Shown one piece after another: positions 17,836-26,390 of a stretch of 64,000 bases of DNA. The notes below the pieces were generated by a model, which saw nothing but the letters and a program-made list of their open reading frames with translations, had not been told where the DNA came from and searched no databases. The position numbers were made by a program, and so were the translations under genes. The DNA is taken from the NCBI GenBank assembly GCA_036568905.1, contig DATCRQ010000001.1, forward strand, positions 430,399 to 494,398, in the 5' to 3' direction. Numbering within the stretch: position 1 is the stretch's first letter; every line of letters begins with the position of its first letter. The DNA comes from Candidatus Saccharimonadales bacterium. GTDB lineage: Bacteria > Patescibacteriota > Saccharimonadia > Saccharimonadales > UBA4665.

Positions 17836-18435
17836 TCACGCCGCCGGTTGCTGCGCGGCTGTTGCCTCGGCCATCTCTGCAAGTTTAGCCTCAAGCGAAT
17901 CAAGTGTAGTGGCCGCATCTTTGAACACGAACTCCGTGGCAGCGCGCGGATGTTCACCGTCTTCCGAAGGGTAATGCGGCTTGACGTACACGCCTGGCGC
18001 CTCTACCTCTGCATCCTGAGCCTCGTAGGTTAGGTGCGAGCCAAAGCACACCCGCGATGTCTGCGCTTCAAGTGGTTCGGCGTTTGGATCAAGTGGGTGA
18101 GGAAGGGTTTGCTTTTCAAGGAGATCGGTAATAAGTTCTTGGTCATTAGACATGCCCGTAACTTTCAAAGCATACCACGAACTGACGCGCCTTGAAGGAG
18201 GGAAGATAGATTCTCCAACCCTTGCAACCTCAACCCACGGGGTCTGTGCAGGATGGCTTCCTTCTATTGCAAAACGTGTAGCTAAGGCTGCCGCCCGCTC
18301 CGAGAGAGCGCGGTGCTGCGGGATGAGGGTTTCGCGTATTCGCTTTTCACCTTCGATCTGCGCGGCCTTACGGCGCAATTGCTCGGACAAACGGTCTGAC
18401 GACCCCAGCGGCCATTCTTCGATGCTAGTTGCCAT
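17836..18435 (-). CDS. Hypothetical cytoplasmic protein (intact copy of a local paralogue pair)
   Basis: 199 aa, acidic, no TM helix. No family recognised. Confidence 0.55.
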   Translation of the reverse strand: MATSIEEWPLGSSDRLSEQLRRKAAQIEGEKRIRETLIPQHRALSERAAALATRFAIEGSHPAQTPWVEVARVGESIFPPSRRVSSWYALKVTGMSNDQELITDLLEKQTLPHPLDPNAEPLEAQTSRVCFGSHLTYEAQDAEVEAPGVYVKPHYPSEDGEHPRAATEFVFKDAATTLDSLEAKLAEMAEATAAQQPAA

Positions 18436-18822
18436 AAGTTCATTCTCCTTGTAACCAAATCACTATGCCATCTCGTTCCAAATTGTACAAGCCGTAGCAG
18501 GTAATCATTTCGCTTTTTATCAAGTCTTTACGCGAGAGCACGGGGGATTATACTTATGCTTAGTCATGTGCGGACTGGCTTTGAATTCCTCAGGGACTTT
18601 CTCCGTGCAGGCTTATGTGCAACCAGGGATCATACTCACTGGCCGTCCGCGGTTAAGCGTCACTGAGCACCCTTTACAAAATTTCTTTCAAGCAAAGCTC
18701 GCTAAAGATGGAATCGGCTGGACAACGAACGGTCGCCGAAACTAAATCGAGGCAGCTTCACTCTCAAAATCCGTTCACTGCATTCGCAGACCTCTTATCA
18801 AAATCACCAGGGAGCTTGAACC

Positions 18823-19083
18823 ATGGAAACGAAAACCATTAACAAAGAAGTCAACGTCACCGCTTGGTACTTCAGCAAGCGCCGCGAGGAACTCACCAGT
18901 TTCCCGAAGCGCATTGAGTACGACGAAGAGGAGTACACCTTTGCGGACGGTTTGCGGATGCTCGTACAAAAGGGCAAGCAAGCCGTGCAGTTATTTACCA
19001 TGACTGATGGCGCGCACGATTACCGTTTGCGGCTCGACGCCGAACGGCAATCGTGGACGTTGCTGAGCATCTCGCAGGCGTAG
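18823..19083 (+). CDS. Small hypothetical protein
   Basis: 86 aa with balanced composition, followed by a good intrinsic terminator. Confidence 0.5.
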   Translation: METKTINKEVNVTAWYFSKRREELTSFPKRIEYDEEEYTFADGLRMLVQKGKQAVQLFTMTDGAHDYRLRLDAERQSWTLLSISQA

Positions 19084-19095
19084 GCAACAATAACG

Positions 19096-19130
19096 ACCGA
19101 CGGCTCGATGGGCTGTCGGTTTTTTATTTT
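19096..19130 (+). terminator. Rho-independent terminator
   Basis: ACCGACGGC-tcgatgg-GCTGTCGGT (9-bp stem with one G-U pair) followed by TTTTTTATTTT. Confidence 0.7.
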
Positions 19131-19163
19131 ACATTTTAATGTAAATATGGTATAGTCATCTAC

Positions 19164-19718
19164 ATGACAAATCCAGTACGCCGCTTACAAGTTTATTACG
19201 AAGCCGAGGGCCATTACGCCGTAGACCGCGGCCGAGGTGAGTTGATTGTTTACAAAGCGCTAGGGGCGGTTGGCTCGCACACGAGTTTAATCGACGTGGA
19301 TTTCACCCCTATGCTGCAGACCGGAGCTGGGAAGGAAGCTATATTTGACGCCAAGGACGTCAGGTTTGAAGCTGCGCCTCACACGCTGTTCTTAACCGGC
19401 CGCGGCTTTACGTCTCCGAACGCCAGGCCAGGCGCAGCCGCCGGCATGCAACACTTCATTGACGAAAGTGGAACTCGGGCGTTCGTGCACGTAGGCGGCG
19501 AAACCGAGAAAGAGACAGCCGTCGCAACTGCGCGCGCTACAAGGGAGATTGCCCATACTTTCGGCGTAGAAGATTGTCCGGACCCTCACTGCATTACCTC
19601 GGCACCAACGTCAGCTTACGAGCTCGAAGATTTTGAAGCAATCGCCGATCCTTTCTGTGGTAACTGCGCCGAGAACCTTGAGCTCGCCGGCTATCAGGCA
19701 TTAGCGACAGAACTCTAA
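19164..19718 (+). CDS. Hypothetical protein with a C-terminal Cys cluster
   Basis: 184 aa. C-terminal CPDPHC...FCGNC suggests a small zinc-binding knuckle. TATAGT lies 7 nt upstream of the ATG. Confidence 0.5.
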   Translation: MTNPVRRLQVYYEAEGHYAVDRGRGELIVYKALGAVGSHTSLIDVDFTPMLQTGAGKEAIFDAKDVRFEAAPHTLFLTGRGFTSPNARPGAAAGMQHFIDESGTRAFVHVGGETEKETAVATARATREIAHTFGVEDCPDPHCITSAPTSAYELEDFEAIADPFCGNCAENLELAGYQALATEL

Positions 19719-19758
19719 CGTTGCCGGCTAACAGATTAGCCGGTACAATCTCTAGAGC

Positions 19759-21411
19759 ATGATACTGTCAATAAACGTCACGGAAAAATCATTCGGCGAC
19801 AAGCCGCTGTATTCCGATTTGGATTTTGACATTCAAGAAGGCGAAAAAGTCGGCTTGATTGGCCGCAACGGCACGGGCAAGTCAACGCTTATGCACCTTA
19901 TTACGGGCGCCGACGCGGACTTTCAAGGCAGCATCGACGTCAAACGGAATAGCATCATCGTGACGAGCCGCCAAGAACATCACGGCCTCGAAGACAAAAT
20001 CGTTGCCGATTACATTCAAAGCGATTTGCCAGAGTTCGCGAAGCTTCACCACATTATCACGACCTATCCCGAGCGCATGGGCGACAACGTGCGCATGTTG
20101 CAAACCTACAGCAACGCGCTCGAACGCTTCAACGACCTCGGCTACTTTCAAGTTGAGGATGAATTGCAGCAAGCTTTCGACGATTACCAACTCGACCGTA
20201 AAAAACTCGACGGGCCGTTGAGCGATTTAAGTGGCGGCCAAAAACGTATGATCGAACTCATCAAGGTCCAACGTGCCCGCGCCGACCTCGCGCTCATCGA
20301 CGAGCCGACAAACCACATGGACTTTGCCGCAAAGCAGGCGTTCATCAAATGGCTTTCAAATGCTTCTGAGGCCGTGCTCGTCATCACGCACGACCGCGAC
20401 GTGTTGCAAGTCGTTGACCGAATCATCGAAATCCGCAACGGCCGCGCGTACAGTTTCAAGGGCAATTACGAGCAATACCTCAAGATTAATCGCGGACAAA
20501 TCACCTCGCAAGTCAACGAATACGACCTTGTACAGCGACGCATCGGCAATCTCAACGCCGACATCATCCGCTTTCGACGGCTCAAGGAAAAGGCGCGCGA
20601 TCCTGGAACAATCAAAAGGTTTAAATCGCAAGAGCAGAAGGCAGTCAACGAACTTGCAAAGCTCTCACAAAACGAACGGCCGTCGTTTTGGATTGACCGC
20701 GCCGGCGCGGAAGACCTCAATCCAAAGCTGACGAACGCGTACGAAAAGTATAAGGCGAAGAACATCAGCCTCGACACGCGGAGCAAGGCAAGCCGCTCGT
20801 CGCGTTTGCTTGTTGAAGTCACCAAATTAAGTTTGGGCTACGGCGGCCAGCCGCTCTTCGACAACGTCAACTTTGCGCTTCACGAAGGCGAACGCTTGCG
20901 TTTGCACGGCCGAAACGGCGCCGGCAAAACCACGCTCGTGCAAGCAATTATGGCCAAGGCAAACGGGCAGCCAGCTTCGTCGCAGCATTTTCATGGACAT
21001 ATTGCCGTTGAAAAAGAAGTGAAGATCGGCTTTTACGAGCAAGAAATCGCCGAAAAGTTTTTGCCGTTAACGCTCGCGCAAGCAATCGAACAATCGTTGA
21101 TGGAAAAGAACGTGCCGGCAAACGACCAACGCATCAAACAACTCCTCGGCAATTATTTGTTTACGCCAAACGACGGCGACACGCCGATCGAACGCCTCAG
21201 CGGCGGCCAAAAAGCGCGCTTTCAACTCATCCGTATGTTGCTCGGCGAGCCGCTGCTGCTGATTTTGGACGAACCGACAAACCACCTTGATTTGCCGAGC
21301 ATCGAAGAACTCGAAGACGCGCTCAACGACTATCACGGCGCTGTCATTTATATTTCGCACGACAGTTTCTTTGCCAAACGCGTTGGCGGCGAAACGATTA
21401 CGATCGGCTGA
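19759..21411 (+). CDS. ABC-F family ATPase (two ABC domains, no TM domain)
   Basis: 550 aa. Walker A GRNGTGKST and GRNGAGKTT, signatures LSGGQKRM and LSGGQKAR, Walker B LALIDEPTNHMD and LLILDEPTNHLD, and a charged inter-domain linker. Confidence 0.9.
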   Translation: MILSINVTEKSFGDKPLYSDLDFDIQEGEKVGLIGRNGTGKSTLMHLITGADADFQGSIDVKRNSIIVTSRQEHHGLEDKIVADYIQSDLPEFAKLHHIITTYPERMGDNVRMLQTYSNALERFNDLGYFQVEDELQQAFDDYQLDRKKLDGPLSDLSGGQKRMIELIKVQRARADLALIDEPTNHMDFAAKQAFIKWLSNASEAVLVITHDRDVLQVVDRIIEIRNGRAYSFKGNYEQYLKINRGQITSQVNEYDLVQRRIGNLNADIIRFRRLKEKARDPGTIKRFKSQEQKAVNELAKLSQNERPSFWIDRAGAEDLNPKLTNAYEKYKAKNISLDTRSKASRSSRLLVEVTKLSLGYGGQPLFDNVNFALHEGERLRLHGRNGAGKTTLVQAIMAKANGQPASSQHFHGHIAVEKEVKIGFYEQEIAEKFLPLTLAQAIEQSLMEKNVPANDQRIKQLLGNYLFTPNDGDTPIERLSGGQKARFQLIRMLLGEPLLLILDEPTNHLDLPSIEELEDALNDYHGAVIYISHDSFFAKRVGGETITIG

Positions 21412-21512
21412 CACTGAACCCCTCGGCCTACATTGCGCGGTAGCATTTTGCGTAGTGTCGTGTACAATAGCCATGTTAAAAAGGTTACGTTTAAAAGCGG
21501 AAAGGTCTTCCT

Positions 21513-22271
21513 ATGTCTGAAATCTCTACCCAACGAACCGAGCGCCACACCTATGCTTCACGCCGCGTGCGCTGGCTTGGCGGCATTTCGGCTGCCGCAG
21601 TTGCCGGAGGTATGGTCGCGGGTTGCGCGAACCCGGCAGATTTTCAACCGCAGCACGTTGCAGCGACTATCGATTGCCGTGTAGCCGAAGGCAAAGTTTA
21701 TTCACCGCTCGGCGTGCACGTTGTCGGTGGCGACGAGACGCGTATGTGGGGCGTAACGATTAGCGCAGTCATGGGGCCGATGCTCAACGAAAAAAATCCA
21801 GGTGATAACGGCGCGTTACATACCGAAACAATCTGGGCCGCCGAGCAATTCGTCCAAGGGAAACCAAATGAGACCACATATGCAGCCGGCTACGGGCCGC
21901 TTCCTGGCACTCAGGACGCAGGGACGCCTTCTCCTAGAAGTACCGAAGTCGTGCTTGGAAAAGAAATCCCTGTGACCGATTGGACCAAAGCAAAATTCAT
22001 CTCCCAGCTTCCAAATACGTCACTTGTCATCACGCCGCCTTCAGAAGCAGCCGTACACGCATATATCGATACGGCGCCTACGGTGTTGGAGTCCGACACG
22101 CTCATAGGTGCTTGCAGCAACGCCACGAGGGACGACCAATTTGCCGTAGTGCACGTTCCAGCACAAAAGACGATAGAAGAAGGACAAGCGGCGCAAATCG
22201 GGGAGAACTCCGTATTAGCGGAAGCGGGTTTGCCTAGCCCTATAAGCGGGCAAGTTCTGACGCTTGGATAA
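21513..22271 (+). CDS. Hypothetical lipoprotein
   Basis: 252 aa. Basic N-terminus, hydrophobic core and lipobox AGGMVAGC. Confidence 0.55.
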   Translation: MSEISTQRTERHTYASRRVRWLGGISAAAVAGGMVAGCANPADFQPQHVAATIDCRVAEGKVYSPLGVHVVGGDETRMWGVTISAVMGPMLNEKNPGDNGALHTETIWAAEQFVQGKPNETTYAAGYGPLPGTQDAGTPSPRSTEVVLGKEIPVTDWTKAKFISQLPNTSLVITPPSEAAVHAYIDTAPTVLESDTLIGACSNATRDDQFAVVHVPAQKTIEEGQAAQIGENSVLAEAGLPSPISGQVLTLG

Positions 22272-22282
22272 AGACGGCGTTT

Positions 22283-22924
22283 CTATTCTGCGGTTGTCGG
22301 GCCGGCAGCGTATGGCTCAACCACCGGCAGGTAACTTTGCACTTCATCAATAGTGTCCAGAAGGCCCGGGGTGACTTCAGTCATTTCTCGAAATGTACCA
22401 TCGAACGAATAGCCCGGCGCAGACCAGTCCGTCTTGCCAGCTTCCACGGTGGGCACTGAATCCTTATGATGACCGGCTTCCAGTATTCTGTCGCCAACAA
22501 CGACATACTCAACGCCTGGACGATAGCCCTTTACGGGTCGATGAAGCGTAATCGAACCAGCCCTCACAAACGCTCCGTCGCCAGCTGGCACCAGTGCAGC
22601 GCCCTGGGACAACTTATATTCTTTAGACCAGGCATTGTAACCTGCGCCCAACAGGAGCGCGCCATTGTGACGGACAACCGGATCAAGGATGGCGGTTGGC
22701 CGACCCGCGGGACTATTCCTCGGGAACATATCCCACGTCACTCCTTCCTCGCCGGCAAGACGCCGGTCGAGATACTCAGGCGTAAGGTCAACGGCCACGG
22801 CACTTAGCATGGTATGCAGTCTCGTAATCTCGGCTGCCGCTTGGTCGATCGTCTCTATCGTCCGCGAAACTTCACCGGCAGCTGGGACGCTCTCATAAGG
22901 TCTACTCATAATGGGATGAATCAT
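22283..22924 (-). CDS. Hypothetical cytoplasmic protein downstream of the S1 protease gene
   Basis: 213 aa with no signal peptide. No family recognised. Confidence 0.5.
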   Translation of the reverse strand: MIHPIMSRPYESVPAAGEVSRTIETIDQAAAEITRLHTMLSAVAVDLTPEYLDRRLAGEEGVTWDMFPRNSPAGRPTAILDPVVRHNGALLLGAGYNAWSKEYKLSQGAALVPAGDGAFVRAGSITLHRPVKGYRPGVEYVVVGDRILEAGHHKDSVPTVEAGKTDWSAPGYSFDGTFREMTEVTPGLLDTIDEVQSYLPVVEPYAAGPTTAE

Positions 22925-23029
22925 ATCAGAATGTGGTATTTATAACAAATATATATGATCGACTACGGGCAACCAACAAAGCAGGCCCGCTGTGCTTAAC
23001 GTCCAATGCTAGCTACTACTTTGCCCTCA

Positions 23030-24082
23030 CTATTCCGGTATGACCGTACAAGGCGATGCGTTTTGCCCGGCGGCCTGTCCGCTAAGATAATCAGTAAGCG
23101 CTGGCGTTACGATTGTCGCAGCCTCCAACTCCATATTTGCGGGAACGTGAGTAAGCTTTGTCCCTGTCAGTTTACTACCGTTCACGTTCATTGGTATGCC
23201 GTTCATTTCGGCGACGAGGTTGCCGTCTTTATCGTACAGGCCAGCACCGCTCGCGCCGGGCGCGGTTTCCTTTGCGCCGCTTGCACTGTAGCTCTTAAAT
23301 CCGCCGCCCAAAATCAAAAGGCCGCCGGCATTTTGCCCTAGGACAATGTTCGGGTACACGCTCGGCGTATTGTAGGCGGCGCCAGATTTATTGCTGGGCG
23401 AGGGGATCTGACTCGTGCTGGTGACGTCGTGTGTTAGTTCTTGCCAGGTTTCGGCGTAGAGAACTTCGCCGACATACGGCGTGCTGTCGCTGACGGTAAC
23501 GCCGTGGTCTAAGAGCGGGCGATCGGACAACGTGTCGCTTAGTTTAACGAGAGCGACGTCATCGCCCGCGTTGTATGCGTTCGTCAGGTTGTTGTATACG
23601 CCAAACTCCGTACCCGTTGCCGCCGGCGTAAGTTCCGTGTCGCTAACGCCCGACATATAGAAATCGCCGCAGGAAAGCGTCGTTGCCGATTCATTTGCGT
23701 GGCCGGCAGTTAAGACGGCGCCGTCGCCTAAGTCTATGCCGCTAAAGGGAACGAGGTTGTGTTTGTTGTCCGGTGACGTACAGAAGCCGTCGCTATTCGT
23801 TTCAACGACGCCGTTCTTATCCGTATTGCAAGCCATGCCAACAATGCTCAACGAGTTAGGGATTTGCTCCTGCACAGCCGATGGCAATCTGTCCGGAAGT
23901 CGCGAGGCCGCAGCGGCCACATCAAACGTCGAGCCCGTCGTCACCTTCGGTGGCTTTGGCAGCGTGCTCGGGCCGCCCGCACAAGCCGACGCAGTAAGCG
24001 CTACGGCTGCAGCTGCGGCGCCCACCGCGGCAAATTTCTTCCGGCCGCTTCGTTCACTCGATGACACACGCGATTCAGTCAT
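23030..24082 (-). CDS. Secreted/lipid-anchored trypsin-like (S1 family) serine protease
   Basis: Signal plus lipobox AVALTASAC. Triad contexts AVLTAGHA (His), DDVALVKL (Asp), TAPGASGAGLYD (Ser). The track ORF starts at 24154; ATG 24082 (MTESRV) precedes the signal peptide. Confidence 0.7.
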   Translation of the reverse strand: MTESRVSSSERSGRKKFAAVGAAAAAVALTASACAGGPSTLPKPPKVTTGSTFDVAAAASRLPDRLPSAVQEQIPNSLSIVGMACNTDKNGVVETNSDGFCTSPDNKHNLVPFSGIDLGDGAVLTAGHANESATTLSCGDFYMSGVSDTELTPAATGTEFGVYNNLTNAYNAGDDVALVKLSDTLSDRPLLDHGVTVSDSTPYVGEVLYAETWQELTHDVTSTSQIPSPSNKSGAAYNTPSVYPNIVLGQNAGGLLILGGGFKSYSASGAKETAPGASGAGLYDKDGNLVAEMNGIPMNVNGSKLTGTKLTHVPANMELEAATIVTPALTDYLSGQAAGQNASPCTVIPE

Positions 24083-24228
24083 AACCACCTCTTTTTTACT
24101 TGCACATTTTACCGGTGCAAGCTGAGCATGTCCAGCACGGACGTCAATTGACAATCGTATTCTCCCTGTTTAAAATTCTTCTCTAACACTTGGTTTGCGC
24201 GTCTACGCTGGACTACTAGAGGAAGATC

Positions 24229-24966
24229 ATGTTACGAGAAAAAGTAATCGTTCGGCTTGCCGAAGAGAAGGACATCACCGCAATACGCACATTGCTGGCG
24301 ATGATGATTCCATCGGCCTTCGGCAACGGCAAAAGGGGTGAAAAATTTCTGACATGGCGCTGCACGACCGAGGAGTGGATAACACAAAAGAACGCTTTTC
24401 TCCGAAATCTCATAGACGGGGAGAAAAGTGCTATACATGTTGCTGAAATCGACGGTATTATTCAGGGCATTTCATTCATAGATCACGATGAGTTTTCTGG
24501 TAATTTCGTGAGTAAACATTGGCGCCGCCGTTGGATAGGCTCGCTCCTTATGACAAGAGGACTGGACTCGATGGTTAGCTGGGGATATACCGATGCCTGG
24601 GTGGGCGTAGCCGAATTCGCCGAAGAGGCGCAGCTCTTTTACAAAGGGTGCGGCTTCAAGATTAGTTCATACGAGACAATGGACCTACCGCCTGGCCATA
24701 ATGGCAGAGCAACCGGAACCGAATTTGAAGTACGGGATTTGAAAATGGAACTCGCAGACACCGCAAAAGCAAGGGACACCTTGACGCAGAAATTAGGCCT
24801 GGGCGCGATTGCCTTTGAGGATACAGTGGAGATCGACCTCGGGTTGCTGCATCATATACGCGCTTTCATCCGCCGTTTTGCAAACCGTTGCAGCACACGA
24901 GTCCGGCTCGTTGCAAAACGTTTGGATGGCTGGCGCACTTTAGCACCTATTGTTTGGCAGCCGTAA
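24229..24966 (+). CDS. GNAT-family N-acetyltransferase with a C-terminal extension of about 80 aa
   Basis: 245 aa with a GAGGAAG RBS. IVRLAEEKDITAIRTLL start and acetyl-CoA loop HWRRRWIGSLLMTRGLD (R/Q-x-x-G-x-G/A-like). Confidence 0.6.
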   Translation: MLREKVIVRLAEEKDITAIRTLLAMMIPSAFGNGKRGEKFLTWRCTTEEWITQKNAFLRNLIDGEKSAIHVAEIDGIIQGISFIDHDEFSGNFVSKHWRRRWIGSLLMTRGLDSMVSWGYTDAWVGVAEFAEEAQLFYKGCGFKISSYETMDLPPGHNGRATGTEFEVRDLKMELADTAKARDTLTQKLGLGAIAFEDTVEIDLGLLHHIRAFIRRFANRCSTRVRLVAKRLDGWRTLAPIVWQP

Positions 24967-25028
24967 CCTAAATTTGCAAAATTAGAACGTTGCACCATAC
25001 GGCACCTTTTAGTAAGATTAATAACCGT

Positions 25029-25061
25029 AAGCAGCAACGCAGCAGCTGCTTATTATTTTTT
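25029..25061 (+). terminator. Rho-independent terminator after the GNAT gene
   Basis: AAGCAGC-aacgcagca-GCTGCTT followed by ATTATTTTTT. Confidence 0.5.
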
Positions 25062-25156
25062 GTAAACATAATCTAGATTTACTCGACGTATGCGGACATG
25101 ACGTGTACGTTATCTTTTTGCTGCGCATTAAAAACTCTAAAAATAGGGGGTGAGGC

Positions 25157-26389
25157 ATGCATATATTAATCGTGGGTCCGTATCATTCAGGATATCTCTA
25201 CTTTCCTGTAGCAAAAGAGCTGGGTATGAAACTCAGTGTAATCACGACAAACCGTGACGATTACGCGGTGCCCGACGAGAAGCGCGCTCAAATTGATAAT
25301 TTTATTATCGTAGATAGTTTTGAGCCAGACACGCTGGTCGGCGCGGCAGTTCAATTACACCAAAAGGATCCTGTAGACGGAGTGCTGCCGGGTTTTGAAT
25401 TCCTTGTCGAAGAAACCGCACATGTCTCACATGCGCTAGGCGTGCGCGGGCTAGATCCTGAAAAAGCAAGCCTCGTGCGCGACAAGGCGCTCATGCGGCA
25501 AGCACTGCACGCGGCGGATGTGCGTGCTCCAAAATTCGCACGGGCTACTGATGCACTCGATCTCGAGCATGTCATTGAGCAGGTAGGCTTTCCTGCGGTT
25601 ATAAAGCCGGTAAAGATGGCGGTATCCATTGGCGTTGCCCGTGTTGATAATCCGGTCGAGTTACTTGCAGCTTATGAAGATATCGTCAATGACGACGGCG
25701 TTTGGAGCCTAAAGAATGGCGCGGCCGTCGTGGTTGAGGAACTGCTCGTAGGCACAGAATACGTGGTGGACGGATGTGTTACGAGCAATGGCGAGGTAGA
25801 CGTCTTTGAGTTTGGTGAGTACGCGCTCGGGCCACAGCCGCACTTTCAGATACTAAGGTTCACCGCATATCATCCCGAAGACCTTCCTCAATCTGATGTG
25901 ATGGCAGCTTATATCAAAGAGGTGGTCCGGGCAGTGGGCATTGTGGTCGGGCCATTCCATGCTGAGCTTATTATGACCAAGGATGGTCCGGTTCTCGTGG
26001 AGATTGCTAACCGTCTTCCTGGCGGCTCGATTTCAGAACTAGGCGAGAGCGTAACAGGTAAGTCCATGGTAAAGTGCGCACTGCTCGCTGCAGTCGGACA
26101 GCCCATCCCAGAGCCGGCACAGCCGCGTGCCCGTGCGGCAAGCATTGAGTACATCCTCGCTCCTTCCGAACTCTTTGGACGCGCATATAAGCAGATCGTC
26201 GGCCTCGACGAGCTTGTAAAAAGTCCATCTGCGGGTAGGCTGACGATCGACATCGAACCCGGAACTATTATTCCGCCATATTTCGATGACCGGTCATTAG
26301 TCGGCGAACTGCGATACCACGGTAATAGCGTTGAAGAGGTAGAGGCATTTCACCAGCGATACATAAACGAGGTGCGCATCGAAGGCTAG
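25157..26389 (+). CDS. ATP-grasp enzyme, L-amino-acid-ligase-like
   Basis: 410 aa with an AGGGGGTGAGG RBS. Pre-ATP-grasp domain MHILIVGPYHSGY. KALMRQALHAADVRAPKF, FPAVIKPVKMAVSIGV, VVVEELLVGTEYVVDG, and GPFHAELIMTKDGPVLVEIANRLPGG (the Mg/ATP E-x-N region). Length and layout resemble BacD/RizA/TabS-type ligases. Confidence 0.75.
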   Translation: MHILIVGPYHSGYLYFPVAKELGMKLSVITTNRDDYAVPDEKRAQIDNFIIVDSFEPDTLVGAAVQLHQKDPVDGVLPGFEFLVEETAHVSHALGVRGLDPEKASLVRDKALMRQALHAADVRAPKFARATDALDLEHVIEQVGFPAVIKPVKMAVSIGVARVDNPVELLAAYEDIVNDDGVWSLKNGAAVVVEELLVGTEYVVDGCVTSNGEVDVFEFGEYALGPQPHFQILRFTAYHPEDLPQSDVMAAYIKEVVRAVGIVVGPFHAELIMTKDGPVLVEIANRLPGGSISELGESVTGKSMVKCALLAAVGQPIPEPAQPRARAASIEYILAPSELFGRAYKQIVGLDELVKSPSAGRLTIDIEPGTIIPPYFDDRSLVGELRYHGNSVEEVEAFHQRYINEVRIEG

Positions 26390-26390
26390 A

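Noticed and set aside
25098-25169. 23-codon Cys-rich ORF (MTCTLSFCCALKTLKIGGEACIY) just upstream of and overlapping the ATP-grasp start, considered as a graspetide/RiPP precursor
   Set aside because: It has no RBS and overlaps the ATP-grasp RBS and start. It is very short. The ATP-grasp enzyme looks like a 410-aa amino-acid ligase rather than a RimK-type graspetide ligase. It is kept only as an alternative to test.
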